Assembly: GCA_964016885.1 (NCBI GenBank)
Contig: OZ024743.1
Location: 68,696,001-68,760,000, forward strand
From: Eledone cirrhosa
Taxonomy: Eukaryota
Direction of reading: 5' to 3'
Length of the DNA stretch: 64,000 nt
Of the stretch, positions 1 through 13,649 are shown one piece after another. The notes under the pieces were generated by a model. It had not been told where the DNA came from. It saw only the letters and a program-made list of their open reading frames with translations, and searched no databases. Position 1 is the stretch's first letter. Every line of letters begins with the position of its first letter. A program made the position numbers and the translations under genes.

Positions 1-424
1 AACAGCCTTCTAAAAACAGAGCCAAATACGAGATCTTCTTTTATAAACTATATTTTCAAAGCACAGACCAACTTATAGACAGTTGCATGTAACATCGCAC
101 ACCCGCAATATAACTATTTACATCACTGGCAAATGGTTCGATGGTAAGCGCGTCTGCGCGCATTTCTTTGTATTTTTCTTCAATAAAACAATTGAACTTT
201 ATATATCTTGTTATTATTCCGCACGCGACCTGTGTTCCAGCGACATTGACGAAAATAGTTATGAGCAGATAAGTGGAAAGTATGTCAGCAGTGAATAATC
301 TATTTTAATCACTGGCGATGGTAAGTGAGAGAGAAAATTAGAGGAGGCACCTCTTGCACCAGTGATGGGGTCTCTGCAATGACTCACTATTCTATTCTAT
401 TCCAGCTACCCTGTTCTAAACACC

Positions 425-2810
425 AGTCGACCCTATCAATTGCTTTAGATTGATCCAAGTTGATCCAGGGCCCACCCATGCAAGGTTCCTTAACCACCCT
501 CTCTATGATGTATCGCATGAGATGGAGGTTGTCGTGGATGGATCTGTCCGGGATGGCGCATGTCTACGCCTCTCCCACCAGATCACCGACGACAAGCGCC
601 AATCTCTTTGCTAACACCTTGGCCAAAATCTTAAACTCTGCGTTTAGCAGAGTTATGGGCCTGAAGTTGTCTATAACGTCGCCCTTGTTTGGTTCTTTTC
701 TCAGCGGCGTCACCGCTCCCCGGCTCACAAAACTAGGAATGTTCCCGTTCTGCTGCCAGTTGCCGTAGACATCTTCCAAGAGGTCGGCGAACAAGTCTGG
801 CATATACGCATAAAGCTCGTAGGGCAGACCATCCAAACCTGGCGATTTACCCCTAGTGCAGTCAGACATCGCTTTCTGTATTTCACCTGCTGTTATCGGC
901 TTTTCGCAGCACTGCGGTCGTCGAGAGCCGCGGCAGTCCGTCGAGGTATGCACCGAGGTGCATACTCCGATCCTACTCGTCGCCGCTCCCGAACAAATGA
1001 GCAAAGTGCTGTTGAAAAGCCGCACACATCTGCTCGGGTTCGAGCATCATACGCCCGTTTTGATCAGGCAAAGAGCGAATTGTGGACATGTTGTCACGTC
1101 GCGCCTCCACCACCCGGGCCCATTGAACGGCTTTCGTCCCCTCGAGTCTTAGAGCACGCGCTCTAGCTCTGACAACGCAGCCTTCACGCTTTGCGTTGAA
1201 GAATTGGTCGAGTGCCAATCTCGCCGTAAGCACGTCGGTTGCGATGCCTGTCCTAAACGCCTCTTCTAGCTTTCTAACTAACTCTCCCTCTACTCTATTT
1301 TCCTCTACCACTACTCCTTTGCTAAACCTTATCGATTCTACTCTAATAGCCATTTTCAGGGTAAACCACCCCTGTTGTTGACGATAGCACCCGTCAACGC
1401 ACGCTTAACTAATTCGCTGCTCCGGTCTCTGTAAACTTTGCGCGCCGGTTCAGCTTCCAGTAGCCGGTCCCTTGCCTATGGATTCTATCTAAGTCAACTT
1501 CACATATCACAAATTTGTGGTCCGTGTAGTCGACTACTTGAAATTGTGGACAACCTACACTAGCCTTATATGTTTCCCTACAGAATACCCTATCTAAATA
1601 CGATCTGGATGACCCGATGCGGTTTGCCCATGTTCATATTGGCACATTCGGAGAATCCAGTCTATATCTGCCAGACAGTTCAAAACATCTGAGCAGGTTG
1701 TTGAGGCTTTTACACCCTCCTGCCCTGTGTACTAGCCCCTTATAATCCCAGCGTGTATCTAAGATACCGTTCCAGTCGTCCAACTAACACTAAAGAACGG
1801 GACGTTCCTAGAAAGGTCTCTAGACGTCAGTTGGGGTGTAGACGGCTACTAGCCTGGAAGCATTTCCTTCGCTGCCGGTGACATCCAGCACCACCGACAT
1901 ACCTTCTGGTTCCATGAAGATGGCCCGTATGGCGATATCCAAGCGTGTCCAAAAAAGCACGGCAACCCCTACCTCCGATCCTGGGCGGCTGGGAGATGCG
2001 TATACATCGTAGCCGCCGAAGATCGGTGCGAAGACTCGTGCTTCGGAGATTCTGGTCTCGCTGACGGCCACCACATCTATGTTTAGTGACCTGAGGTCGT
2101 TGAGCAGTTGACCTTGCTTCCAAGGTGTCCCCAGGCCACGTACATTTATACTGCCTATTCTAAGTACGGCCATGTTGGATGAGAAACGGTGTAAGTGAGA
2201 AAGGATCACTTACCTCGATCGTATGGTGAAGAGGATGTCGGAGAATATCCTCTTGGTAATCGACCCTCTGAATTCTCCAATTGCGTTGGGGAATTTTTGC
2301 TTTCAAGGTTTGTAATGTTCTATTGAGATTTCAATGATACTTATGTTTGTCGGGAGAGTTATTGGTGTTGGTGGGGGTGTAGTAGTTTTTTTGGGGATGT
2401 CTGTGTGCTGCTTTATGTGTTGTAGGAGTTCTTTATTTGTTATGTTTATGGCTGTGTACTTTCTGTGGGGAGGGGCGATGCTGCTGCTGTCTTGTTGTTA
2501 CTGTTGGTTGTGTGTGTTTTGCTGTGTTTGTGATGTTGATGTTTTTGGTGATGCTGGTGGTGGTGTGGTTGTTGTTGGTGGTGGTTCTTGTAGTGGTGAT
2601 AGTGATGGTGGTGGTGTTGATGCAAGTCTCCTTGTAACCTTACCCCTCTTTGTCTGCCTTCGCTTTAGGAGGGTGAAGCTAAGGGTTTTTTTATTTTTTT
2701 ATTTTTTTGTGGCAGACCTTTTGCCACTTCCCTCCCGTCTCACACTCCGTGTCGGACTCCGCGGCGTCCGGGATGGGTATGAGCTCCACTGCTGTTGGTG
2801 GTGGTAGTAC
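425..2810 (-). mobile_element. L1/Tx1-clade LINE copy A, degenerate: ORF1 3' part, APE endonuclease and N-terminal RT; 3'-truncated
   Basis: Frameshifted ORF pieces: MAVLRIGSINVRGL..SET (APE start, ATG at 2173), GKSPGLDGLPYE, NFRPITLLNAEFKILAKVLAKRL, INLDQ; Pro/Thr-rich ORF1 remnant at 2220-2800. Confidence 0.9.
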
Positions 2811-2814
2811 TGGG

Positions 2815-5800
2815 GGGATGCACTTCTCTCTCCACCCTCACCTTCCTTTCCAGGTGAAAATTGAAGAAGTTGTTGAGGGATTGGCCAAAGAGAAAAGTAT
2901 CTGTCTTCAGTCCTTTCAATCTGGTTCACCATATAACCTTTTTCGCAACTGCCACCAGACAGAGGAAAATTTCCTGCTCTTCCTGACCTAAGGAAGGCGG
3001 CGGGTCGCTCTTCATTATGGACTCGGCCGATAGCCGGATTCGTTCCACGCGTGACGTGACAGTAGCGGGTAGACATAACTCCACAAGACGGTAATGCACG
3101 GACATTGGACAAGTGCGTGCAGAACGGTTTATCCCCAACCGGCAGTGCCCCCCCCCCCCCGTAGCACTACCAAGAGTGGGATTTTTGGAAATTGTCCATC
3201 GTCCCCGGCTCGAAAGTCCTCCGGTACAGACTGGTCAGTCCGACTTCTTCGAGGCCCAAAGCTTCTCCGAGTGCGTCATCGCACTTGCCCACCACTAATC
3301 CTCTCTAGAACTCGAGAATCGAAGTTCCGCTGATCGCATTTCCCGCTTGAACGGCGACTACACCTATTCACCGTTTAGGCAGAATATCTGGAGATGTCGC
3401 AGCCTCAACGCATGTCTGCGCATCATTAGCCACGGCATGCCCAGCCCTCCGAGTAGAGAGAGTTATGGCAGCAGATGGACCACCTTACCAACGGAACTTG
3501 TCCCCTCCACAATAATTCGAAGAGGAACCGTCCAACTTGACGAGGCGCGGACGGGGGCAAGGCACGACGGTCAGGCGGTAGTAGATGACGGACGGGATGT
3601 ACGCATTCGCCACCTCAACGCGACCTTTCTGTGATAGCTTCCTCACAGACCATTTTTGGGTGAGACTGACTACTCAGATCGTTACCTCGTCCCAATTATT
3701 TTCCACCTGGAGGTCTGGTCCGAACCAAACCCCGAGCAACTTTACCGGTCCGTCTGTCCAGCGCCCCACGACGCTGTTGGACGGCATAGGCTTGTCTCTC
3801 CAGGTTCCCAGCTACAAGCCCACCGACTTTTCCGGGTTAGGCTTGGCTCCTGTCAACGTTTCATATTCCTTCAATAAGGTGCCAACAACCTCGATTTCTG
3901 AGGTGTCCGACACGATAACGGTGATGTCCGCACAAGCCGATACCGCCTTTACACGTCCCGGTCCAAGCGGGATGCCCTGCAACAACTCCAGTTTCCGCAG
4001 TAAAAGCTCGAGAGTCAATACGTACAGAAGGGAAGAGAGAGGGCACCATTGACGGACCGTTCGGGAGAGCCGAGATGGTTCCAAGAGGTGGCCATTAACC
4101 TTGACCACCGACCGTGTGCCGCTGTGCATTGCAGCAATCCAGCTTCTGAAGACAGGGACGAAGCCAGCTGCTTTGAGGACAAATTCCAGATACCGATGGT
4201 CGACCCTATCGAATGCTTTCGATTGATCTAAATTGATCAGTGCCCCACCGAAGCGAGGTTTACACACTACCCTCTATATGTTGTATCGCTTGAGGTGGAG
4301 ATTGTCGTGTATGGATCTGGCTGGGATTGCGCAAGTTTACACCTCCCCAACCAAATCCTCGACGACAAGCGCAAATCTCTTTGCTAACACCTTGGCCAAA
4401 ATCTTAAGCTCTGTGTTGAGAAGAGTTATGGGCCTGAAATTGTCTAATGTATCCCTCTTGCTCTCGTCTTTCCTTATCAGCGTCACCACTCCGCTGCCCA
4501 CATAACTGAGAATACTCCACTTCTGCTGCCATTTGCAGTAGAGTGCTTCGAGGATATCTAGTATAAGTCTAGCATATTTACGTAAAGCTCGTAGGGCAGG
4601 CCATCCAAACTGATGACTTGCGCTTCATGCAGCCGACAAGGGCGTCCTGAATTTCGGCTGAAGTAAGCGGCCTTTCGCAGCGCTCAGCGTTGTCCGTCGA
4701 GATGCGCGGCAAGCCGTCAAGGTAGGACCTGAAATCTACTAATCTCTCTGACTCGCCGCACTCCCCGAACAACCGAGAAAAGTGCTGGCGAAAGGTCTCA
4801 CACACCGCTTGGAATTGTTTATCTCGTGTCCGTCTCGGTCCGCCAAAGACCGAATGGTAGTTTTATTACCACGCTGCGTCTCCGCCACGCGGGCCCATCG
4901 AACAGCTTTGGTTCCCTCGTTTCTCAGCGCACGCGCCTTAACTCTGACAATGCAACCTTCGTGTTTCGCAATGAAGAAATGTTCTAATGCCATTCTCGCC
5001 GCTAGCACGTCAGTTGCAATGCCACTACAAATAGCCTCGTCTAACTTATCCGCCAGCTCATCCTTTCTATTTTTCTCTAACGCTAGTTCTTTGCTAAACT
5101 CTATCGAAGTTACTCTAATCTCTCTTTGAGAGCTCCCACCATCTGTTGTTGATGATCCCCCTGTCAACTTTTGCTTAACTAAATTGTTGACTCGGTCCCT
5201 GTAAACATTACGTGCCGGAAATGACATGTTCAGCTTCCAGTAACCCGGTCCCAACCTACGCGTTTTATCTAAGTCGATCATACAGATCACAAATGTGTGA
5301 TCTGAATAGGCGACCCTTTTTAAAAGTGGGCAGCCTATTTCTATCTATTTTCCTAATGAAGATCCTGTCTATATAAGATCTAGATGACCCCATTCGGTTG
5401 GTCCATGTCCATACTGGCACATTAGGGACATCTAGTCGATACCTGTCAGACAGTTGGAACTGGCTGAGTAGGTGCTTGAGGCTTTTGCACCCCCCGCTCC
5501 TAGCAGCTACTCCCACACAATCCCAGCGTGTGTCTAAGATGCCATTCCAGTCCTCCGCTAACAGTAAAGGGCGAGACGTACCCAGAAAGATCTCCAGGCG
5601 CCTAAAGAAATCCGGTCATCCGGCCCCTGTAGGGGCGTAGACGGCCAGCAGTCTAAAGGCACCACCTTCGCTACTGCTTAGATCCAAGACCACCAACTTA
5701 CCGTCCGGATAACGGAAGATCGACCTTACCTCGAGATTCAGTCCTTTCCTAAACAGCCCTGCCGCCCCACCTCCCATTCCCGGCTTGTTAACAGATGCGA

Positions 5801-6465
5801 AGATCTGATAGTCGTCGAAAATGGGGGCTAGTGCGCGCGTGTTGGAAATTCTGGTCTCGCTGTCGGCAATCACATCCATTTCCAGCGACCTGAGGTCGTT
5901 GAGCAGGAAACCCTGCTTCCAGGGTGATCCCAGGCCGCGAACATTTAAACATCCTACTCTTAATATGGCCATGTTGGCAAGCTAAAAGAGTGAGGAAAGG
6001 TTTACTTACATCCCGGGGTCTTGTGAAGGTCGGGTTGTTCGACCTCCATGGTTGGTGGATTTTCTTTTGGGAACCTCTTTAAAAGTCTCGATGTGGGATC
6101 ACATTCGGGGTTCCCACGTCTTGAGGAAAGCTTTCCCGAATTTCTTTGAAGGAATCGCGTGACATTCGGACCAGAAGCAAATCTTCTGGCACGCAAAATG
6201 TGCTCATTTCAAAAATCTCCCCCTTTGTTTGAATGTCCTCGCTTCGTGCTAAGAGGGCCATCATTTTATCGTTGACCCTTCTGACAAGCACGAAATTTTT
6301 AACATTTTGTTGGTGTGGTTTTATTTGTTTTCGTTTTGGTGACTGTGGTGCTGATGGTTTTGGTGGTGTTGTTTCGGGTATGTTTGTGTTTGTTGTAGGT
6401 GTGGTGTATCCAATTTCAGGTATTTGTGTGTTTATTTCTACTTGTGTTTGTTTAGGTTATTTGCG
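2815..6465 (-). mobile_element. L1/Tx1-clade LINE copy B, degenerate: ORF1 3' end plus ORF2 (APE-RT-zinc finger)
   Basis: MAILRVGCLNVRGL (ATG 5972), SRSYIDRIF, GPGYWKLN, LINLDQSKAFDRVDH, VRQWCPLS; many frameshifts; 3' UTR missing. Confidence 0.9.
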
Positions 6466-6467
6466 TT

Positions 6468-6522
<55 letters not shown>

Positions 6523-6765
6523 CTTTCTTTATTAACCACAAGGGTTTACATAAAGTAGACATTAAGGACAGTACAGGACAATACAGGACGGTACAAATGG
6601 GCATTTTTGCGTGTAAAAAAAACAGAGGTTGAAATAAAATAACAAAGAAAAATTCCCCAATAAAGGGGAGACTTCCGAGGGACATTTGTGGAGAAAGCCC
6701 ATTAAAAGACCACAGTGGCCCTGACCACCAGGGCAAGTGCCCTCTCCCAGTTTTCCAGCTTTAAT

Positions 6766-9700
6766 TTACAGACACATACTCAGAGAAGGCCCATTGATTC
6801 GGGCCATACTTGCTTCTCTCACCCATCTTTCAACAAGATGCTGGGAAGAGAGCACTTCCCTCTCTACCCTGATTTTCCTTTTCAAATGAAATTTGAAAAA
6901 GTTAATCAGGGCATCACCGAAGAGGTAAGTGCTCGTCTTCAGCCCTTTCAAACGTGTACACCATACTATCTCTTTCGCCATGGCCACCAGGCAGATAAAA
7001 ACTTCCTGCCCTTCCCGGCTAAAGGAAGGGGGCGGGGCAATCCTCACGATGGACTCAGCTGATAGTTGGATCCCTCCTACACGTGACAGCAGGTGTTCGA
7101 CATAAACCCACAAGTCAGCAATGCTCGGACACTGGACGAGTGCGTGCAGGACGGTTTCGTCGCCCTGCGCACATCTCGGACATGCCCGGCTGACGGCACC
7201 TCCATGCCTGTAGAGTTTATCCCGAACTGGCAAAGCTCCTCGGTAGCACTGCCAGGCCAGGGATTTCTGGAAGTTGTCCATAGGCCCCGGCCCGAAAGTC
7301 CTTCCGAAGAGATTGGCTAGTTGATTTTCGTCGACGCCTAGAGTTTCTCCAAGTACGTCGTCGCTCTTCCCCTCCACTAATCCCCTATAGAACGCCAAGG
7401 TGGACTTTCCACCGATCACATTGCCCGATTGGTCGAGGGCTGTGAGCGCCTGAAGACATTCCAGTCTCCAAGCGCTCCCTCTCGGTCTTCGCTTGACCCA
7501 GGACTGCCGCTCCGTCAAGGAGACGAGCTGGGGAAAAACGTGTCTAGCAAACGGCGACCACACCTGATCACCGTCGAGGAAGAGGTGGAGATATCGTAGC
7601 CTGAGCGCGTGTCTGCGCATCATCAGCCACGGCATGCCCAGCCCTCCACGTAGCGGGTGTTGACAGCAGATGGACCGCCTGACCATCGGAGCGCGTCCCT
7701 TCCACAAAAAGCGAAAGAGCAAACGCTTCAGCGCAGTCAGGCGGGGCTTAGGACAAGGTACGACGGTCAGGTGGTAGTAGATGACGGATGCGATGTACGC
7801 AATCGCCACCTCCGCTCGACCTTTCAGGGATAGCTTCCTCTCGGCCCATTTCTGGGTGAGAGAAGCCACCCTGCTCGTCACCTCGTCCCAGTTTTTGTCC
7901 GTCTGGAGGTCTGGACCGAACCAGACCCCTAGCAATTTAACCGCTCCGTCCGTCCAGCGCCCGACAACGCTGTTGGACGGCATGGACCTGCCTCTCCAGG
8001 TGCCGAGCTGCAGGCCCACTGACTTTTCCTGGTTGATCATTGCTCCTGTCACCGCTTCGTATTCTCTTAGTGTAGTGCCGATCGCCTCGATGTGTTTGGC
8101 GTTCGACACCACTACGGTGACATCGTCGGCATATGCTGACACGGATCTTCCGCATCCTAGTTCGCGCGGGACCCCGCTCAACGTCTCCAGTTTGTGCAGT
8201 AATGGCTCGAGAGTCAATACGTACAATAGGGACGAGAGTGGACATCCTTGGCGGACAGAGCGCATGATGTTGAACGGTTCCGAAAGGTGACAGTTCACTC
8301 TCACTACAGAGCAGGTGTCGCTGTGCATGGCAGCGATCCAGCCTCTGAAGACGGGCCCAAAGCCAGCCGCCCTCAGGACTGCCGCTAGGTAACGATGGTC
8401 GACCCTATCGATGGCTTTCGACTGATCTAAATTGATCAAAGACCCACCCGTGCCAGGTTCCCTAGCTACCCTCTCTACGATGTATCGCATGAGGTGGAGG
8501 TTGTCGTGGATCGATCTGTCGGGAATGGCGCATGTCTGTGCCTCTCCGACCAGACCACCAACGACAAGCGCCAACCTCTTTGCTAGCACCTTGGCCAACA
8601 TCTTGAACTCTGTGTTTAGCAGAGTTATGGGCCTAAAATTATCTATGTTATCCCCCTTGTTCGGATCCTTTCTCAGCAGCGCCACCGCTCCTCGGCTCGC
8701 AGAGCTGGGTATTCTCCCGTTCTGTTGCCAGTTGCAGTAGACGTCCGCCAAGAGGCCTCCGAACAAGTTTGGCATTTGTACGTAAAGTTCATAGGGCAGA
8801 CCATCCAAACCAGGCGATTTACCCCTTGTGCAACTAGTCATTGCATCCCGTACTTCAGCGGTTGTTATCGGCTTTTCGCAACACTCCGCCTCAGTGGCCG
8901 AAAGCCGCGGCAGTCCGTCGAGGTAGACACTAAAGTCCATCCCTCGATCCGGCCCGCCACTGCCCCCGAACAGTTGAGCGAAGTGTCGCTGAAAAGCTTC
9001 ACACATTTGCCCGGGATCGAGTAGCATGCGCCCGTCGTGGTCCACCAAAGACGGATCGTAGCTTTGTTGCCACGACGCGCCTCCGCCACTCGGGCCCATT
9101 GAACGGCTTTCGTCCCCTCGTGTCTGAGAGCACGCACCCTAGCTCTGACAACGCAGCCTTCGTGCTTTGCATTGAAGAATTGGTCAAGGGCCAATTTCGC
9201 CGCAAGTACGTCGGTCGCGATGCCTTTGCTAAGCGCCTCATCTTCTATCAATTTTCTAACTAATTCTCTCTCTGCACTATTTTTCTCTATTGCTAAAGTC
9301 TTACTAAACCTAATGGACTCTATTCTAATTGCTCTTTTCAGAGCAAACCACCACTTGTTGTTGACGATGGCCCCCGTCAACGCCCGCTTAACTAGTTCGC
9401 TAATCCGGTCTCTGTAGGCCTTGCGCGCTGGTAAGGACGCGTTTAGCTTCCAGTAGCCGGGTCCTCGTCTATGAAGACTATCTAAGTCAAGCACACAGAT
9501 CACGAATTTGTGGTCCGTGTAGCTGACTATCTTGAATTGTGGACAGCCTATGCTAGACCTATCTATTTCCCTACAAAATACTCTATCTAGATATGATCTG
9601 GATGACGCTATGCGATTTGTCCAAGTCCACATTGGTACATTCGGGAAATCCATTCGGTACCTGTCAGACAGTTCAAAACGTTTGAGCAGGTTGGTGAGAC

Positions 9701-10189
9701 TCTTGCACCCTCCTTCCCTATCCACTAATCCCACACAATCCCAGCGTGCATCTAAGATCCCGTTCCAGTCGCCCACTAACACTAAAGAGCGGGCCGTTCC
9801 AAGAAAGGTCTCCAGACGCCGGAAGAAATCAGGCCGCCCTGCTCCTGTCGGGGCATAGACGGCCACTAACCTGAAAGCTTGCCCGTCTCCGCTGGTCACG
9901 TCCAGCACCACCAACTTACCTTCTGGGTCCAGGAAGATAGCCCGTATGGCAAGATCCAAACCTCTCCGAAAAAGCACAGCAACTCTCTCCCCGATCCCGG
10001 ACGGCTGGGAGATGCATACACATCGTAGCCACCGAAGATCGGTGCGAAAGCCCGTGCTTCGAAGATTCTGGTCTCGCTGATGGCCACTACATCTATGTTT
10101 AGTGACCTGAGGTCGTTGAGCAGGTGGCCCTGCTTCCATGACGACCCCAAGCCACGCGCATTTATGCTGCCTATTCTGAGTGAGGTCAT
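6766..10189 (-). pseudogene. LINE ORF2 (APE endonuclease, reverse transcriptase, C-terminal CCHC zinc finger) split by frameshifts near 9990 and 9055
   Basis: MTSLRIGSINARGL..ISET; GDWN; SYLDR; YTDH; GYWKLN; VRQGCPLS; AYADDV; CPRCAQGDETVLHALVQC. Confidence 0.93.
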
Positions 10190-10506
10190 GTTGAAAAGGA
10201 GTGGAAAAGATGGGAAAGACCACTTACCTTACTTCTCGTAGGGGAAGGACAGTTTTTCCATCCTTTTCACTGCTTGTGGCCTCCTCAGGAAGGATGTCCT
10301 TATAAATCCCCCTGGAGAGTGCTTGTCGGAAGTCTCCGATGTCCTTGGGGAATTTTTTTTTTAGTGTCATGTACGTTTTCTGTGTGATGCGAGTGATTTG
10401 TATGTGTGGAGGTGGTGTGAATGTTGGGGTTGTTGTGTAGTCTTTTTCTGTGATGCTGGTGTTGTGTTGGATGTAGTGTAATTATTGCTTGTTGTTCAAA
10501 TTTAAT

Positions 10507-10690
10507 TGTTTCTACTTTAGGCACAAGGCCAGCAATTACCCAGTGTATTACTGGTACTTTATTTTATCGACCCTGTAAGGATGAAAGGCAAAGTCAACCT
10601 CGGCGGGATTTGAACTCAGATCGTAAAGGGACGTAACTATGCTGGAAAGCATGGCGTCCGACTCTCTACCGATACTGCCAATCCACCGCC
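10507..10690 (-). mobile_element. tRNA-derived SINE (Nin/Deu-type core) inserted into LINE copy C with a 19-bp TSD
   Basis: B-box GAGTTCAAATCC and core GCCTTTCATCCTTAC.GGGTCGATAAAATAAAGTACCAG; CTTGTTGTTCAAATTTAAT at 10488-10506 and 10691-10709. Confidence 0.9.
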
Positions 10691-11004
10691 CTTGTTGTTC
10701 AAATTTAATGCTGTGTAGTGTGTATCGTTTTGGTTGTTTTGTTTTGTTTGCGTTTGTTGTGGGTTTGTTTCTGTTTCGCATTTTGGTGAATTTTGTGGTG
10801 TAGTTGATGGTGGTGTTGGGGTTAATGATGGTGATGGTATTGGTGTTTGGGTTGATGTGGTTGGTGATGCTGGTGTGGATGGTGGCATATCTGTCCTAAC
10901 TTTTTTGTTTCTTAATTTATTTGTTTCCCTCTGTATTTTGTTTTTGGAGGGGGAAGGAAGAGAATTTTTTCTTTTTTGGTTTCTTTTTTTTTTCCGGATA
11001 TCGT

Positions 11005-11910
11005 TTACCACTCCTCGTCGTCACAATCCGTCTCCAGTTGTGATAGGCCGGGGAGTGGAAAATCCTCCACAGGCGTTAGTTTTGCTTGTGGCGTGGTGGA
11101 TGGTGTAGGCGCTGGTGCTAGTTCTGAAGTGTTGGCTGGTGGTGGTGTTGGTTTTGCTGGTGGTGGTGGTGGTGTTGGTTTTGCTACTGTTGCTGTGGTT
11201 GTTGCTGTTATAGTTGCTTCTGTTGTTGCTGCTACAGTTGTTGCTGCCATCTCTGCTACTGGTGGTGTTGATGGTTGTGTCTCTGGGGTGGGTAGGAGAG
11301 GTGGCCTCAACCTTTTAGCCTGAGGGCAGAAAGCCCTTTGGTGGGTTCCTTCACCACAAACGACACACCTAGGTCTTCTGCCCTCGACAATTACCGTGAG
11401 GTGGCTGCCGTCAGTAAGATCTATTACCTCTGGGATCTCCTCAATGCATTTTTGGTCCGCTTGGATCAGGAGGTCCATCCCAGATCCGGACCAGTTCTCC
11501 TGCTTTTCTTTTGCTATTGCTATTATTTTTGTGTTGGCTTCGATGCCGGCGAGGACGGCCGCTATTAGCCAGGGAATTTCGATGGCCGGTGGAACCTGTG
11601 TCACCCTGATCTTTACGAGTCTCTGGCCACAATAGCTTGGGACGAGTGTGAAGTCGTCACTTCTTAATGGGGCCATGGAGTGTTCTTTAGCCTCCTCTGG
11701 TGTTTCAAAGAACACGTCCACGGTTCCATACTTCTGCCCACGTCTGATGTGGGTTTTTCTTGCCCACACATGTCCCAAAGCTTTTTGGATTTGGGACTCG
11801 GATGCCCGTTCCACTCGGCGCGATTTTACATTTATTGTTCGATACGACACGGTGCATAGGCGCCGATGCTCCATTTTATTAGGTGGGCGTGAGGCTGACC
11901 CTGTACCCAT
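11005..11910 (-). CDS. LINE ORF1 (gag-like nucleic-acid-binding protein) core; probably ran from ~12417 to ~10224 before frameshifts and a SINE insertion
   Basis: CVVCGEGTHQRAFC (CX2CX4HX4C knuckle) followed by a Pro/Thr-rich tail; lies upstream of ORF2. Confidence 0.8.
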   Translation of the reverse strand: MGTGSASRPPNKMEHRRLCTVSYRTINVKSRRVERASESQIQKALGHVWARKTHIRRGQKYGTVDVFFETPEEAKEHSMAPLRSDDFTLVPSYCGQRLVKIRVTQVPPAIEIPWLIAAVLAGIEANTKIIAIAKEKQENWSGSGMDLLIQADQKCIEEIPEVIDLTDGSHLTVIVEGRRPRCVVCGEGTHQRAFCPQAKRLRPPLLPTPETQPSTPPVAEMAATTVAATTEATITATTTATVAKPTPPPPPAKPTPPPANTSELAPAPTPSTTPQAKLTPVEDFPLPGLSQLETDCDDEEW

Positions 11911-12627
11911 CTTTCTTTACCATTTGTTTGGCATTTTCTAAATCCTCCTGAGTTACCGTAAATGCTTCGAATTTTTTGGCTACTCTGTCAAAACTGAGGG
12001 TGGTTTTTATAATGTCATTGTTATTGTTGTTGCTATCGTTATTTGTGTTAATATTAATTTTAGTTTCAGTTGTGGTGGTGGTGACGTCAGTCGTCTTTGG
12101 TGGGGAAGAGTCCATTTTGCTTGATTTCATTTCGACATCACGAGTTAATTTATTTTTTTCTTCTTTTGTTTCTGTTGTCGCGGTGGTGGTGGGGTGGTGG
12201 TTGTCGCGGTGGTGGTGGTGGTGGAGGCTTTAACACCTGCAGTCATTGGTAATGGCGGGAAATGAATGTCTGCCTGAGACAAATTTAAAATATTGCTACT
12301 GCTTATATTTTTTGTAGTGTTGGCAAACGTAGTAACATTTACAATGGTTGTGTCGGTGTGAGGTGTTAATTTGTGAGAAAGGCTTTCAGCTGCTTGGTGC
12401 AGAGGTGAATTAGCCATTTTTTTTCAAAGAAATATTTTGATAATCATAAAAGTTTAAATTTTGGGCACAAGGCCCCAATCTTTTTGGGTGTCCTTTTCGG
12501 AAAACAATGTATGTGCGCTTATATATGGTTAACAATAAAAAAATTTCCATAAAAGGCAATTTTTAACAAACGGAAATAACAAACCTTTGCGGAGCTCACG
12601 ATGATACGATTTACTACGTAGGTCGCC

Positions 12628-12628
<1 letters not shown>

Positions 12629-12661
<33 letters not shown>

Positions 12662-12724
12662 GTGATAATAATAATAATAATAATAATAAGAAGAAGAAGA
12701 AGAAGAAGAAGAAGGAGAAGAAGA
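12629..12724. repeat. (TAA)n/(GAA)n compound microsatellite
   Basis: Direct reading. Confidence 0.95.
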
Positions 12725-13649
12725 CGCACGGGGTGGTAGAACGTCACGAAATGGCTCCCGTAAGTTTTTTGATTTTTAACATATTTAAATCAATTGTGAA
12801 AGAACAATTCTTAGCACAAATGTTGCATAAAGGCACCGAATGAGGTCCCATAAAGTTTCGGATCCATATTATATTGTTGTATCGCTCAAATATTCAATTT
12901 TTTTATAATATATTTTGTATTCAACAAAAGAAAATGGTTATAAATGGAACAAAACACCCTCTGTCTACACTATATAGAACAGCGGCAATTTCAATTTCAC
13001 CAACACCAGAAACTTGATACACTACCTATCCCATCACACTAAATATAACGGCAACTTCACCGGCATCATAATAATAATTACTATTATTATTGTCTCAAAT
13101 TTTAAAAAATGTTTAATTCAAATTTTACGGGAATATGTCAACACAAAATATAATGAAAATATATATTAAACATACGAACACAAACTCATAGATACTATAT
13201 CAGTAACCACAACACCACCGCTGCCACCACCCCACCACATCCATCATCGCCGCCACCACTCATTCAATGCTACTGACACTATTCCCCTGTTAACTTGAGA
13301 GAGAAAAGGGAAGGTGGTGGTAGCACTAGACAAGAGAGAGGCTAGCAAAAGATATAAATAGATTGACTTGGTGACCTTGCCACGGACAAACGTCTACATC
13401 AACAATTATGGGACTGCTGGCTCACCCCTTCCTCACCAACAATATAAAAAGCCCCGGCGCCACCACCGACATAGCCAGCAGCAATAACAGCCAACTACAA
13501 CAAAAAGTATATTATATTATTGTAATGCACTGGGTGATTGCTGGCCTTGTCCCTGGAGTGGAGACAATTATTAATAATTTCATTCTTAAGCCACGCAATG
13601 CTCACATTAAGGAACCACTCATGATAATAACAATTTAAAAAAAACAACA

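Larger units (their letters stand above)
6470..12628 (-). mobile_element. L1/Tx1-clade LINE copy C, apparently full length (5'UTR-ORF1-ORF2-3'UTR), flanked by (TAA)n on both sides
   Basis: ORF1 with CCHC knuckle, ORF2 APE-RT-zf, 3' UTR 6522-6765; (TAA)n at 6470-6521 and 12629-12690. Confidence 0.92.

Noticed and set aside
460-9858. Recurrent plus-strand ORFs (MTDAMYA.., MIKDPP.., MKNWS..) conserved between copies
   Set aside because: Antisense shadows of the conserved LINE ORF2
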